Position numbers and translations under genes: made by a program
Notes under the pieces: generated by a model
What the model was told of the DNA's origin: nothing
Database searches by the model: none
The model's input: only the letters and a program-made list of their open reading frames with translations
In this document: one piece after another, positions 1-9,924 of the stretch
How the letters are laid out: each line of letters begins with the position of its first letter
Position numbering within the stretch: position 1 is the first letter of the stretch
Source of the DNA: Bacillota bacterium
GTDB lineage: Bacteria; Bacillota; UBA994; UBA5500
Direction of reading: 5' to 3'
Assembly (NCBI GenBank): GCA_050949055.1
Contig: JBMNFA010000009.1
Coordinates: forward strand, 257,600 to 321,599
Length of the DNA stretch: 64,000 nt

Positions 1-1553
1 TTGTGACCCTTCGGGATATTCTCTGTCGGTATCAGGCCCTGTCGCTCCCACTCATCCCACTTATCAGCCAGCGTCTGCTGGGCCTTGGTAAGCGCATCAA
101 GGTCAGCCTGATTTGGCGCACGGAAGAATCTCACCTTCTCTGTCTTAATCTGACCCGCCTTCTCGCCAGTCTTGTACCGCTGCGGCTTGCCGATCTTATC
201 AAGCTTGGGTTGAAAGCGAATTGCTACTACTGTATAAAGCCGATCCCGCCACGTTCCGTATTGGGATTCACCGCAGGCCTGGGCTTTGATTTCCTCAGCC
301 GAGATGGCTTGATGGCAATGCACACAGGAACCAACGCCACGGGTTACTGTGGCCAAGTTTGGGTCTTCCCCGTTAGGTCCCTTACCCCGTTTGACGCGGT
401 AAGGCTCAAACCACACCTTGCCGTTTTGGGGCCGGCCATCGGTGACTACGCGCACTCCCCAAGGGTCACTGCCTTTGGATAGCCAGCAAGTATTCAGCAA
501 TGGTGCTTCGCCGCCGCAATGGGGGCAGGTGACTTGGCGAACGTATATCAGACCTACCTGATCATGTTCTGGACCATTGAACAAAGGAATGACTTCTGGG
601 CAGCGCTTACAATGCGCCCGTAGCGCTAGCAGTTCTTCTGTTGGTAAGGGACTAAACGGCGTCACATCCTGCATTCTTTCTGCAACCGTTGTGACTAAGC
701 CCTGACCCCATCGGCTAATCTCCTCTGCAAGCTCGAGCCCAAACTGAAACGGATACTGGAGGGTAGCATGAAGAATGACACTCGCGACTGGGTTCAAGTC
801 ATTCGCTATCACATTGTGCCCAAGGCGCAATGCCTCAAATGGAATTGACCCGCCTCCCGCGGTTGGATCTAAAATCGTCAGCGACTTCGGGCTCACAGTC
901 GGGGCATGGCTATAAGCTCTTCCATAACCGTATAAGTCTTCTGCAGACCATCTCAGTTCCCCACCAAGTATTCTCTTGACCTCCGAAGACTTGGCAAACT
1001 CGATTCGACCATTAACGTGAGCAGGATCCGCGGCTACCCGCCCCACCTCAAGCCTAGTGCCCATATGCGGCAGAGGTTCATTAAAAGCCTTTGACTCCTC
1101 CAGCCACCTCACGACTACAGGATGGTTGGCTAACGAAGTATCTGTCTGACAAAGCTTATTGATGGTTCTCCGGTTAACCGCTCTGCGTTCTTGTTCTTTC
1201 AGTAGTGCCCTATGGACGGCCGCATCAACTATCAGGAGCTCCGCTCCATCATCAGCAGCCTCCACTTTTTCTGCCACTGAACCCACCAGCACCCACGGTA
1301 CATCCCCCACCATTGCCTCCACTTTCTCGATCCCTAGCTCCCTGAGGAAGAAATCGGGATCAGTGTCGGCTGGCAACAGGGATGCGAGGATTGCCGCTCG
1401 GCTGGGGGTCAGTGGCCGACGCGCCCACCAGACGTGCAATCGGTGCGTCGGTGGAGCTTTACCCGTGTCCCGTTCTCTTTGTGTTTCCGCTCCCACCTGA
1501 TGACAGGGAAACCCGGCTTCAATCAACCGCAAGTCGTTCTGTGGTTTGGTCAA
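1..1553 (-). CDS. DUF1156-family N6-adenine DNA methyltransferase with Zn-ribbon (partial: N-terminal ~517 codons; gene runs off the left edge)
   Basis: Minus-strand translation from TTG at 1551-1553 (SD GGAGGAG at 1558-1566) gives LIEAGFPCHQVGAETQRERDTGKAPPTHRLHVWWARRPL (DUF1156 hallmark), TILDPTAGGGSIPFEALRLGHNVIANDLNPVA (SAM-binding motif-I-like) and a CPHCGG zinc ribbon. Absent from the ORF track because no stop codon lies inside the window. Confidence 0.75.
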   Translation of the reverse strand, partial: MTKPQNDLRLIEAGFPCHQVGAETQRERDTGKAPPTHRLHVWWARRPLTPSRAAILASLLPADTDPDFFLRELGIEKVEAMVGDVPWVLVGSVAEKVEAADDGAELLIVDAAVHRALLKEQERRAVNRRTINKLCQTDTSLANHPVVVRWLEESKAFNEPLPHMGTRLEVGRVAADPAHVNGRIEFAKSSEVKRILGGELRWSAEDLYGYGRAYSHAPTVSPKSLTILDPTAGGGSIPFEALRLGHNVIANDLNPVASVILHATLQYPFQFGLELAEEISRWGQGLVTTVAERMQDVTPFSPLPTEELLALRAHCKRCPEVIPLFNGPEHDQVGLIYVRQVTCPHCGGEAPLLNTCWLSKGSDPWGVRVVTDGRPQNGKVWFEPYRVKRGKGPNGEDPNLATVTRGVGSCVHCHQAISAEEIKAQACGESQYGTWRDRLYTVVAIRFQPKLDKIGKPQRYKTGEKAGQIKTEKVRFFRAPNQADLDALTKAQQTLADKWDEWERQGLIPTENIPKGH

Positions 1554-1565
1554 TAATCTCTCCTC

Positions 1566-2174
1566 CTATTTGCGGAGTTTGGTCAGCATGCGTTGTATAG
1601 TCTTATCGCCAGGCTGGCCGCCCAACATGATACGCATGCCGGACCTGGCCCAACGACTGCCGGCGTCACCAAAGAGAACTGCTCTGGTCAGCCAATAGTG
1701 GGCTTCTTCCCGACTGAAGCGCTCTACCCGCCAGGCGATCAGCTCCACCCGATCCATATCTGCCACCCGCTCCTGCAACTTGAACAGCAGGGACAGCTTG
1801 GCACCAGCCTCATCATCCAAGGGCAGGTTGCCACGGAATTCTATACGGCCATTGCCCAGGAACTGCTGCAGCTCCAGCGGGATACCATCCTCATCGATGA
1901 TTCCGGAAACCATCTGCCTGAGCACTGGCAGGCAGCGTCGCAGCGATTGGCCATAGAGCAACCCTCTGTCTCTCAGGTAAGGCTTCTTTGCCTTCGTCTC
2001 TGACTGAAGTGTCTCATTGGGATTGCAGCGTTCCTTGACCACAAATACCGGGGATGGCTTATCTTTCAAGTCCGTAATGCGCAGAACCCATGGTGAATGG
2101 CTGCATAGCGCCTGCAATCGCCGAGCTAGGTTCTGCCTGTCTGTCAGTGTCTTATTGATTCCCTGCTTGTCCAT
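1566..2174 (-). CDS. hypothetical 202-aa protein between the methyltransferase and the ATPase (possible DUF3780-type accessory subunit)
   Basis: ORF track. Spacings of 13 nt and 12 nt to the flanking genes imply one translationally coupled operon. No catalytic motif recognised. Confidence 0.5.
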   Translation of the reverse strand: MDKQGINKTLTDRQNLARRLQALCSHSPWVLRITDLKDKPSPVFVVKERCNPNETLQSETKAKKPYLRDRGLLYGQSLRRCLPVLRQMVSGIIDEDGIPLELQQFLGNGRIEFRGNLPLDDEAGAKLSLLFKLQERVADMDRVELIAWRVERFSREEAHYWLTRAVLFGDAGSRWARSGMRIMLGGQPGDKTIQRMLTKLRK

Positions 2175-2187
2175 TGCCTTACCTCAC

Positions 2188-5100
2188 TCACTTGTTGTTA
2201 AGTTCTTTGATGAATTTGCAATCTTCTGCTGGATCGTCAATGGCCAGGAAAATGTCCGACTGTTCGTCTGGTTTGGCGACATTGACAAGTACCTCCAGCA
2301 ACTCACCCAGCGCCTGGATTGACTTGGGAGTTGCGTCGCTCAAGGTCAGCCGCAATCTACCACCTGCAGGTAGACCCAAGCCAGATAACTCCAGTTCATT
2401 GATTTGGGAGGAAGCACCGCGGCTGTAGATGCTGCCAAGACGCTTGAGCAGAGGCCACACTTTTTCCATTGCCTCAGGACCGGATAAGCGAACTCCCGGC
2501 CCGCCAGGAGAAGGCTGGTCAGGAGAAGGCTGGCCAGGAGGAAGTTGGCTAGTAGTAAGCCAACCTTTCTCTGCCACCTGTGCCCTGGTAATAAGCACAT
2601 CCTCTGGCTGCACTGTATAAATAGCAGCTGCTGCTCCTCCAACTAATGACTTAGGTTTTTCAGTTTGATCTGGAGTACCTTGATAGGCAAACAAGCTACC
2701 TTGCTGTAGCAAGCCGCCGACATTGTCCTGCCAGTCCTCAGCTGGAACTTCTCCATATTGCTCGGTCACTTGGTCCCGAACGCCCTCAGACGTTGAAGGG
2801 CCGGCACTGCCTAGGGTATAAAGTACCCTTTCCTGCAGCTTGGCTGGGTCAATTTTCTCTCCTTTTGTCCACCCTCTCTGCTTGGCTCCTTGGAGTGTGA
2901 TTAGAGAGTAGCCGCTGTTTAGCAAATCGGCGGAGAATGGCACCCCTGTGTCCTTATCGAAAAACTCGGCAGGTAGCGAACTGGCGGCGTCCCCCATCTT
3001 ATAGATGGCCCAGGTCCCCTTTTCTACCCCAGCTCGTAGCAGAGTGCCCAAAATCCTCGGACTCTCCAACACCGGCCAGTTGCGCATACAGACAAAGTTG
3101 CTGGCTAGCTTCTCAACTGTAACCGTATCGCCTTGAGCGAAGAAGTAGGTCTTCAGGTTGTTTAGGGTGGATTGGCCGGTATGCTGCGCGGTGAGCAGCT
3201 CACCATCCTCCAACAAGCCGCTCTTGATCGCCTCAATGAATGCCCGGCCAGATTCGCCAGAGGCGCTGCGGATCTCTCTGTAGACAATATGACCCGTGGT
3301 CGACGGGTAGTAAAGGCGACGATACGACTGTGCCACCAGCGTTTCCAAGCCCAATCCCTGCTGAGAGAAATGTTCGTGGACCTCCGCTTCTCGTAGGCGC
3401 CCCGGCGAGACGCCGTAAGTCTGCGGCTTGCTTTGTAACATCTGGATAGCGGACACATGCCGTGCGAAATCGAATAGGCGCTGCATAACCCTATCTGCCC
3501 CATTGGCATTCATGCCAGGAAGCTGCGCCTGCCCCATCTCCCCGGTTACTCGAACAGCATCCGGGGTCAGAAGAAAGACCAAATTCTGTTGCTCACGTGG
3601 TATGTTCGGGCCCTTGGTGGTAATCATTGCTTGTACGTCAACTGCCTCTGCCACTGGGCTAACAACAGCCAGAATAGGTCTGCCTTTTCCATCGGGTATG
3701 TGTTCCGGCAATGATACATCGTGCTCTATGTGGAAAAGGTCGGAGCGTTCAGCTATTACCTTTCGGGCAACGTCTGCCAACAGAGACTTGATCTGCTTGT
3801 CATTGACTGTGCGCCGTATGTGAGCCAGCACACTGTTAATGGTCGGTTCCTCGCTGGCAAAATACCGCCCCTGATCAGCGCGCAGATAAAAGGCACTACG
3901 TTTGATCTCTTCTAATGCAACCTGAACTTGGGCCGGAGTTAAGCCGGGCATGCTTACGGCTAATAGGCAGTCAGGTTCGTTTATGCCAAACAGATTTGAT
4001 CCCAGGCCTTGGGTGCGCCCCACCAAGCTGTGTAGAAATACCGTTTGCCAAGTGAATCTATAGAATGAATACCCTTCGGGGTGTGGATTCTCTTGATCAG
4101 CTCGCTCGGCGTTGCTTTGGCCCCCTTCCAAGCTTCCAGTATCGACGCCACCGACATCTGCGTTAAGCACAAACAGCAGATCCGAGCTTCCAGTGCGATT
4201 GAGGATCTCGTTGACCACCCGTTCCGACTTCAGCTCCAGATGGCTGGCGTGAATCATGGGGACAGCATGCTGGTTCTGCCAGAGACTGCGCACTGCTAAA
4301 GCCAACACACGCAGCACACCGCGGGTGCCCTGGAAATTCTCAGCGCCGGCTAATTTGTTATTCAAGAAATCCACCAACGTGGGATGGAAGGGGTAATTGG
4401 CCTGCAAGCGTTGACGATAGTTCTCGCTGCAGGCTTCTTGTGGCAAAAGGTTCTGGTTGCGCCGATATAACTCCATATATTCTGCTGCGGTCTCTTCGGC
4501 GGCCACACGGTCTATCAGTGAGAAGAGACGTTTGGCCAAGACTGCGGAGATCTCTCTGGCCTGTACCGGAGTAACCTGCACCGCATCGCGCGCCACCACA
4601 CTGCTGACATCCCGTATGGCGCGCTCCCCTAACCCAATCGCTTCTTCTGCCGAGATATCCTCGCCTCTCACAAGGCTAATCAACTTAGCCAAGCGATTCG
4701 TCTGCCGAGAGAATGCATCGGCGGCACTAGCTAGGGTGAGTATGATGGCGATTCCGCTATGAGTGCGGGCGTATCCATTCAACGACATCAGGAAAGCAGC
4801 CAGTTGACCGGCGCCATTTGGCCGCGCTGCTTCCAGACGGGCGGCATACTGCGCCAACTCGTCCAACATGATGATCACTTTGCGCCCTGTGAAGACGCGC
4901 TCGAAATAGGTTCGGCCTGGGGCAGCATATGACGTTGCTTCGCTTTCCACTGCGCGGTAAAGCTCTTCTCCTCCTACTTGGTAAGCGATCTCCCCCCACA
5001 AAGTGTAGGGAACTAAAGCATCGCCTTGCGGGCGATGTACGGGAATTTCGTCTCCCGGAACACCTGCCACTATTACTGAGCCAGGGTGCGGCAACAACTG

Positions 5101-5469
5101 CTCTGGAAGCAACTCATCGGTATACCCGGCCAACTTAGACCCTTGATAAGCAATGTGAGTACAAGCGATCAGTGTATGGGTCTTACCGCCACCAAACGCT
5201 GTCTCTAGGCGATGGATGGCCGGAGAGCCTGGATCACCTGCAATGCGACCAAACACTTCAGTCAGCGTTGTCCGAAGGCCCTGTGTAGGATAGGTGGCAT
5301 CGCGAAAGAACAGCTCCGCATCCGTGTAAATGCTATCAATGGGGGCCTTCCCCGAACGATAATACTGCAGGACTGGACCAAGTGATGCAGTAAAGACCTC
5401 GGGGTTAAAGGTACCCCGCAGAATCTCCTCACGCGGCATGCAGCTCTCAAGAACTGACCTCAAGTACAT
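2188..5469 (-). CDS. DUF499/BrxC-like large P-loop ATPase (1093 aa)
   Basis: ORF track. N-terminal Walker-A-like AFGGGKTHTL and Walker-B-like VIIMLDELAQY. Size and architecture are typical of the DUF499 ATPases that pair with DUF1156 methylases. SD AGGAGG precedes the ATG at 5467-5469. Confidence 0.7.
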   Translation of the reverse strand: MYLRSVLESCMPREEILRGTFNPEVFTASLGPVLQYYRSGKAPIDSIYTDAELFFRDATYPTQGLRTTLTEVFGRIAGDPGSPAIHRLETAFGGGKTHTLIACTHIAYQGSKLAGYTDELLPEQLLPHPGSVIVAGVPGDEIPVHRPQGDALVPYTLWGEIAYQVGGEELYRAVESEATSYAAPGRTYFERVFTGRKVIIMLDELAQYAARLEAARPNGAGQLAAFLMSLNGYARTHSGIAIILTLASAADAFSRQTNRLAKLISLVRGEDISAEEAIGLGERAIRDVSSVVARDAVQVTPVQAREISAVLAKRLFSLIDRVAAEETAAEYMELYRRNQNLLPQEACSENYRQRLQANYPFHPTLVDFLNNKLAGAENFQGTRGVLRVLALAVRSLWQNQHAVPMIHASHLELKSERVVNEILNRTGSSDLLFVLNADVGGVDTGSLEGGQSNAERADQENPHPEGYSFYRFTWQTVFLHSLVGRTQGLGSNLFGINEPDCLLAVSMPGLTPAQVQVALEEIKRSAFYLRADQGRYFASEEPTINSVLAHIRRTVNDKQIKSLLADVARKVIAERSDLFHIEHDVSLPEHIPDGKGRPILAVVSPVAEAVDVQAMITTKGPNIPREQQNLVFLLTPDAVRVTGEMGQAQLPGMNANGADRVMQRLFDFARHVSAIQMLQSKPQTYGVSPGRLREAEVHEHFSQQGLGLETLVAQSYRRLYYPSTTGHIVYREIRSASGESGRAFIEAIKSGLLEDGELLTAQHTGQSTLNNLKTYFFAQGDTVTVEKLASNFVCMRNWPVLESPRILGTLLRAGVEKGTWAIYKMGDAASSLPAEFFDKDTGVPFSADLLNSGYSLITLQGAKQRGWTKGEKIDPAKLQERVLYTLGSAGPSTSEGVRDQVTEQYGEVPAEDWQDNVGGLLQQGSLFAYQGTPDQTEKPKSLVGGAAAAIYTVQPEDVLITRAQVAEKGWLTTSQLPPGQPSPDQPSPGGPGVRLSGPEAMEKVWPLLKRLGSIYSRGASSQINELELSGLGLPAGGRLRLTLSDATPKSIQALGELLEVLVNVAKPDEQSDIFLAIDDPAEDCKFIKELNNK

Positions 5470-5620
5470 TCCCTCCTAAGAAGCTATTGCTTCGGTTTTC
5501 TAGCCGGTTTTCGACCGTATTAGACTCAGAACGATATTTTAGCTACTGGTATATGGAATTCCTGCGTTTGGAAGCAGTTGCTGTACCCAAGAAGCGCCTC
5601 GTATTTCGAGACGCCGACAT

Positions 5621-6004
5621 TTAGTCCATATTCCAGCCTGTGTACTCCGTGATTTGCTTGTCTTTCTTCATCCGGGCATATTCATCACGAATTTCCTCAA
5701 GAAGTAACTGCTCATTCTTCTCAGTGCGCGGATCAGGAACAACTATGATTGGCCCAAACCCGCTCCTGCCAAGAAACGACATCTGCCCATGTGGCCGCTG
5801 GTAGATAGAGAGCATGGCCTTGTCGACGCTCGGTTCATTTACCCATATGGCCACATCACATTCGAAATTAAAAGCCTCTCTTCCAACTTGGAAAGCTTTG
5901 TTAGTCAGATTGGAGCTTCCAATGACAGCTGCCTTCGGAACCTGATCCGCGAAAGCAATAGCTACTTTCGCATGCCAGTTTCCCTTGGGCGCTATGTACG
6001 GCAC
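5621..6004 (-). pseudogene. PLD-superfamily HKD nuclease remnant (127 aa, N-terminally truncated)
   Basis: HKD motif HAKVAIAFAD...VIGSSNLTNKA (HxK-x4-D-x6-GSxN) starts 10 residues after a GTG start. An in-frame stop lies only 16 codons upstream, so the N-terminal half of a Nuc-like fold is missing. Surrounding DNA is AT-richer. Confidence 0.45.
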
Positions 6005-6311
6005 GAATCTTGTGCTTGGCAGGTTTCGTGCTCTAAGTGTATCGCAGTTTATCTATCCCTTCTTTGGAGTGACACTGCAGCAGAATCAGCGGGAATGGTA
6101 TTATGCGAAGCTGGATGAACGCTTCCCTGGGTTGAAGATGAAGTATGTGCGACGGTATGGGAATGCCTATGAGTGCGTTTCACCACGGGCAAAGCAACTT
6201 TGGCGATTGTTCAGTGCTGAGTGCGACCGGCTGGGGTTGCTATATAAGATGGAGGATGTTATCCAGGCGTCGCGGAGGGGTTACCAGGCCAGGCAGTTGT
6301 CGTTCTTTTAA
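5985..6311 (+). other. possible orphan gene fragment (108-aa ORF with a protein-like C-terminal segment)
   Basis: ORF track. Low-complexity-free sequence (YYAKLDERFPGLKMKYVRRYGNAYECVSPRAKQLW) in a decayed AT-richer region. No SD, no recognised family. Confidence 0.2.
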
Positions 6312-6684
6312 ACAGCTGCCACCCTCGCGAAAGTGTGTAGATAGCTCAACGGCACTCCGTCCAATATGGCTACCCCCGCACTGGCCAGTGTGCCCGCGAG
6401 GTAGTATTCAGCCAAATCCTATTCTTTGCTGATGCGATCTTAACAGGCAATAGACTTTGCAGTGACCACAAGCGCGATCGCCGAGTACGACTGTAGCAGG
6501 AACGCAGTCTTCGGATAACGGGGGGATCCAGCAGCCAGCCGCTGGCGATTCCCTGGGCTTCCTCACCCCTGGAGACGGAATTGGCACCAGAAAACCTGGT
6601 ATGTACCGGTTGGCCATGTCTATTCTTTTCTTCAGCACTCTTGGTCTACGCCGAGATGAGCGATGCATACCCTATTCGGCTTGG

Positions 6685-7317
6685 CTATTCTCTCTCCGAT
6701 TGACAAAGGCTTCTTACGTTACCGCTGCACAGGAAGTGCATGTGTTGGCGGATCTTCTCTTCCGGCCAATTCCACCATTGAATCCTAAGCAAACTGGCAA
6801 CATCTTCGTCACTAAAACGCTTGCGAATTACTTTGGCCGGATTGCCGGCCACCATGGCATAGGGCTCAACATCTTTGGTAACGACTGCCCGGGCGCCGAT
6901 TACAGCACCGTCGCCGATGTGAACGCCGGGCATGACCATCGCTTCGGCACCGATCCAGACGTCATTCCCGATGACGGTGTTGCCCTTGCTGATATACCCA
7001 TCCCGGGTGTCGCCCCAGTTGTCTTCCGGAAAACCGTGAAAAGGAAAGGTAGAGGCCCAGTCAAAGCGATGCCCCTGATTCCCTGACATGACGAAGACAG
7101 CCCCGGTACCGATGGAGCAGAAACGCCCAATAATCAGCTTATCCTCGTACTCATTCTCTGGGTTCAGGCACCAAACGTTCTCCTCGAAGTGTTTGCCGTG
7201 ATAGTAGCCCGAGTAGTAGCTGTACTCTCCCACAATGATATGGGGATTGGTGATGTGTTCGCGAGCCGGGTAGCCCTGGAACGGACTGTGAAATGGGTTC
7301 GGTCGCACGGATGTCAC
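6685..7317 (-). CDS. vat: Vat-family streptogramin A O-acetyltransferase (xenobiotic acetyltransferase, hexapeptide repeat)
   Basis: [63 protein letters not shown] and [10 protein letters not shown] match Vat(A-H)/CatB-family signatures almost position for position. Confidence 0.88.
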   Translation of the reverse strand: MTSVRPNPFHSPFQGYPAREHITNPHIIVGEYSYYSGYYHGKHFEENVWCLNPENEYEDKLIIGRFCSIGTGAVFVMSGNQGHRFDWASTFPFHGFPEDNWGDTRDGYISKGNTVIGNDVWIGAEAMVMPGVHIGDGAVIGARAVVTKDVEPYAMVAGNPAKVIRKRFSDEDVASLLRIQWWNWPEEKIRQHMHFLCSGNVRSLCQSERE

Positions 7318-7396
7318 TGCCTCTCTATTTATGATCGTCCTCGTCTCAAACCGAGAGTTGCCTGCTCAAGCGTCTCCATGAAGCTACGTTGCGTTC

Positions 7397-8344
7397 CTAG
7401 AGTGTCCGCAAGGCCTCGCTAATGATCCTCAGTTCGCGGTTAGTGCGAGCGCCGTAACCATCACCGGAACGGGCGAACCAGTCCAGCTCTAGGAGAGACC
7501 GGCAAATGCGGAGAATCTGCCAGGATTCACCCAGGCAGGCATAACGCCGTCTTGAGTCATCGGAAAGACGAGCCCAATATGCCTCACGCAGCGCTGCAAC
7601 ATCACCAAGCGGCTCATTCATCCGCAGGCTGGTGTCGACGAGCCCCACCAAGTCAAGCAATCCGGGACCGATGGCGGCTGTGGCCCAGTCTACCATTTGG
7701 ATCTGACCGCCAGTGATAAAGACGTTACCGCTATGGCTGTCACCGTGCAGCAAGGTGAGCGGATAACACTCCAACACCCCATGTATCGCGGACCAGTCCC
7801 AGAGCAGGCGTTCTTCAACATCGGCCAGCAACTCGTGCTCTACCCCGGTGAAGCAGCCGGAAGTCAGCTGCGCTCTTACCTGATCCCAAACTGTCCCAAC
7901 CAGACGACCTATCTCTGCTAGGACGTTTGGCAAGCCTGACGCCTGAGCAGCTAGACCCGAGCGGCCGCTCTGCTCATGGAAGTCAGCCAACGCCTCTGCT
8001 GCCGCTTGGTATTGCGCGGGATTCCTAGTCAGATAAAGTTGCTCACCTAGTGCCTGCTGAAGCAACAGCCAGGGCTCGCCGTCGATGACGCAGCAACTGG
8101 CAGGGGGTGCCGGAAAACCGGGCACCTGAGCTGCCAGCTGATAGACGGCTAATTCGCGAGCCAGCCCCTCCCGGGCCAGCTTGGCATAAAGTGTATGGTT
8201 GGCAGCGCCCGCTTTAGCCGTGATACGCAGAACACGGGAACTGGACCAGTCCCGGATTTCCTCTATGTCAGCGATCTCCACCGGCTCATGCAGCCAGGCA
8301 GCCACCGCTGCTTGCCACTCAACAATTAGGTCCATTTTGCTCAC
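7397..8344 (-). CDS. aminoglycoside/macrolide-phosphotransferase-family kinase (APH fold)
   Basis: Catalytic-loop motif LLHGDSHSGNVF (HGDxxxxN) and VDWATAAIGPGLLDL (D-x-x-G-D). Confidence 0.7.
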   Translation of the reverse strand: MSKMDLIVEWQAAVAAWLHEPVEIADIEEIRDWSSSRVLRITAKAGAANHTLYAKLAREGLARELAVYQLAAQVPGFPAPPASCCVIDGEPWLLLQQALGEQLYLTRNPAQYQAAAEALADFHEQSGRSGLAAQASGLPNVLAEIGRLVGTVWDQVRAQLTSGCFTGVEHELLADVEERLLWDWSAIHGVLECYPLTLLHGDSHSGNVFITGGQIQMVDWATAAIGPGLLDLVGLVDTSLRMNEPLGDVAALREAYWARLSDDSRRRYACLGESWQILRICRSLLELDWFARSGDGYGARTNRELRIISEALRTL

Positions 8345-8434
8345 CTCTCTTTACATCATCTTAAGCCGACGGTAGCGCGAACAAAAAGGGGGAACGGTCA
8401 GGACAGCTATTCTTGTTGAGTTAGTTAATTTATA

Positions 8435-8980
8435 TTATTCTCCAGCCTTGACCAGTTCAACGGCTTCCTTGCCAGAGATGTGCTCTATGTCGATGGCCAC
8501 TATGTGCGAACGTGTGCATCCGGCTACTGCCTTATGCTTGGCTTCTTCCGGCTGGTCCGCCGCATACTTCTCAATTAAAGCACTAAACGCCTCTACCCAT
8601 TCATCACCCTCTGCAATTCGAGCCTTGCCAAAGGCAATCACGCTGCGGAAGTAGGTGGTGTATTGCTCACTGACGATTTTGTCTTCATCCACTACCGAAA
8701 AGGAGGCCTTGGGGTTCTTGATGATGGCGTCAATCTTGTGTCCGGCCTTGGCTGAATGAAAATAGATCCTGCCATTCAGGTAGACGTAGCTGAGGGGGAC
8801 CGCATAGGGGTAGCCATTGTCACCCAGGCAAGCCAGGGTGCCATTGGTACATCTGTCCATCACAGCTCGGGTATCGTCGGCTGACAACAACTGCTTAGCT
8901 CGTCTCATTTCTCTGAACACCGCCTTATCCTCGCTTTCATCAGTTTGCCTGCCCGGCTGTTCGCAGCCCAGCGCGGACAT
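8435..8980 (-). CDS. pyridoxamine 5'-phosphate oxidase-like / Nim-family (5-nitroimidazole resistance-like) FMN-binding protein
   Basis: 181-aa split-barrel-like sequence (YPYAVPLSYVYLNGRIYFHSAKAGHKIDAI...) resembling Nim/PNPOx family members. Confidence 0.6.
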   Translation of the reverse strand: MSALGCEQPGRQTDESEDKAVFREMRRAKQLLSADDTRAVMDRCTNGTLACLGDNGYPYAVPLSYVYLNGRIYFHSAKAGHKIDAIIKNPKASFSVVDEDKIVSEQYTTYFRSVIAFGKARIAEGDEWVEAFSALIEKYAADQPEEAKHKAVAGCTRSHIVAIDIEHISGKEAVELVKAGE

Positions 8981-9199
8981 TTGCTCAAGCTATCCGTTAG
9001 GGGATGTATACTGCCAATGAGTGGTTCGGATTTCAGACTGCGAGCGCTATTGTCATCCTACCATGCATTCCTAGCATGGGTATCTACAGCTGTCTCAAAT
9101 GTATTACTGTGCAGAAACTGGGAGTAAGTCTTATTGCTGGTGATAACCCCTAAGACGCTATGATATAATTAACTAACATCATCGTAGAGGACTGAGGAA

Positions 9200-9865
9200 A
9201 TGAAGCTTTGTCCGGAATGCAAAAGCGATAGCCTGGCTAGAACATCATCTACGGGGCTGAGGGTAATCGTCTGTGTTGTGCTGTTGTTCATTCCCTATGG
9301 ATTTTTTTTCTGCTGGATACCGTTTATCCTTCCCCATTCATTTCGCTGCAACATCTGCGGGGCAGAGTTGAAGGCTCCCGATTTGCTAGATCTGGATTGG
9401 CGAGAACGGGATGTGCTGATGGAGCAACACCGATGGCTGGAGGCAAAGCTTAACCCCATGCTGGATCAGTGGGTGGCAGACCAGCAGGCTAACCTAGGCA
9501 AGATTGTGAAGAGCAAGGGGCAGTTCATGCTGTTGCAGGTGGCAAAAAAGGATGTAAGACCATTTAGGATAGTGGACTACACTGCTTTGGAACAGGCTGC
9601 CGAACTGGTGCTGAATGAGAAAGTCTCTGCAGAGTTCAAGATCTTTGACCTTCCACCGCTCTCGTACAGCCCCTACCGGGATAGGACTGGTCAGTCAGAC
9701 CGCCAGCAAAGGCGGTTGACAGAGTTAGGACGACAGTTGCTGACCGGGCGAGAGGTGGAACTGATCAGATCCGGCGAAGACGCTTTGCATGTGGCACTGA
9801 GCCAAGAACAGGGACTGCAACAGGTTAGGGTGAAGCGGGAACAGCCCGCCAGGTCAGAAATGTAG
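9200..9865 (+). CDS. hypothetical membrane-anchored protein with a split N-terminal zinc ribbon (CPEC...CNIC)
   Basis: ORF track. CxxC, a TM hairpin (VIVCVVLLFIPYGFFFCWIPFIL), then CxxC. AGGA SD and an AT-rich promoter-like region upstream. Confidence 0.4.
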   Translation: MKLCPECKSDSLARTSSTGLRVIVCVVLLFIPYGFFFCWIPFILPHSFRCNICGAELKAPDLLDLDWRERDVLMEQHRWLEAKLNPMLDQWVADQQANLGKIVKSKGQFMLLQVAKKDVRPFRIVDYTALEQAAELVLNEKVSAEFKIFDLPPLSYSPYRDRTGQSDRQQRRLTELGRQLLTGREVELIRSGEDALHVALSQEQGLQQVRVKREQPARSEM

Positions 9866-9924
9866 GTTTGGATCATCAGCGGTGCGGGAGGGAGCTTTCG
9901 CACCGCTGGCTGTTTGCCTGCTGG

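Noticed and set aside
3-482. 159-aa plus-strand ORF at the window start
   Set aside because: Lies antisense to the clearly coding DUF1156 methyltransferase frame (HVWWARRPL, CPHCGG). No motifs. Typical GC-rich antisense ORF.
6408-6668. 86-aa minus-strand ORF in the decayed region
   Set aside because: Arg/Pro-rich low-complexity translation with no SD. Probably non-coding.
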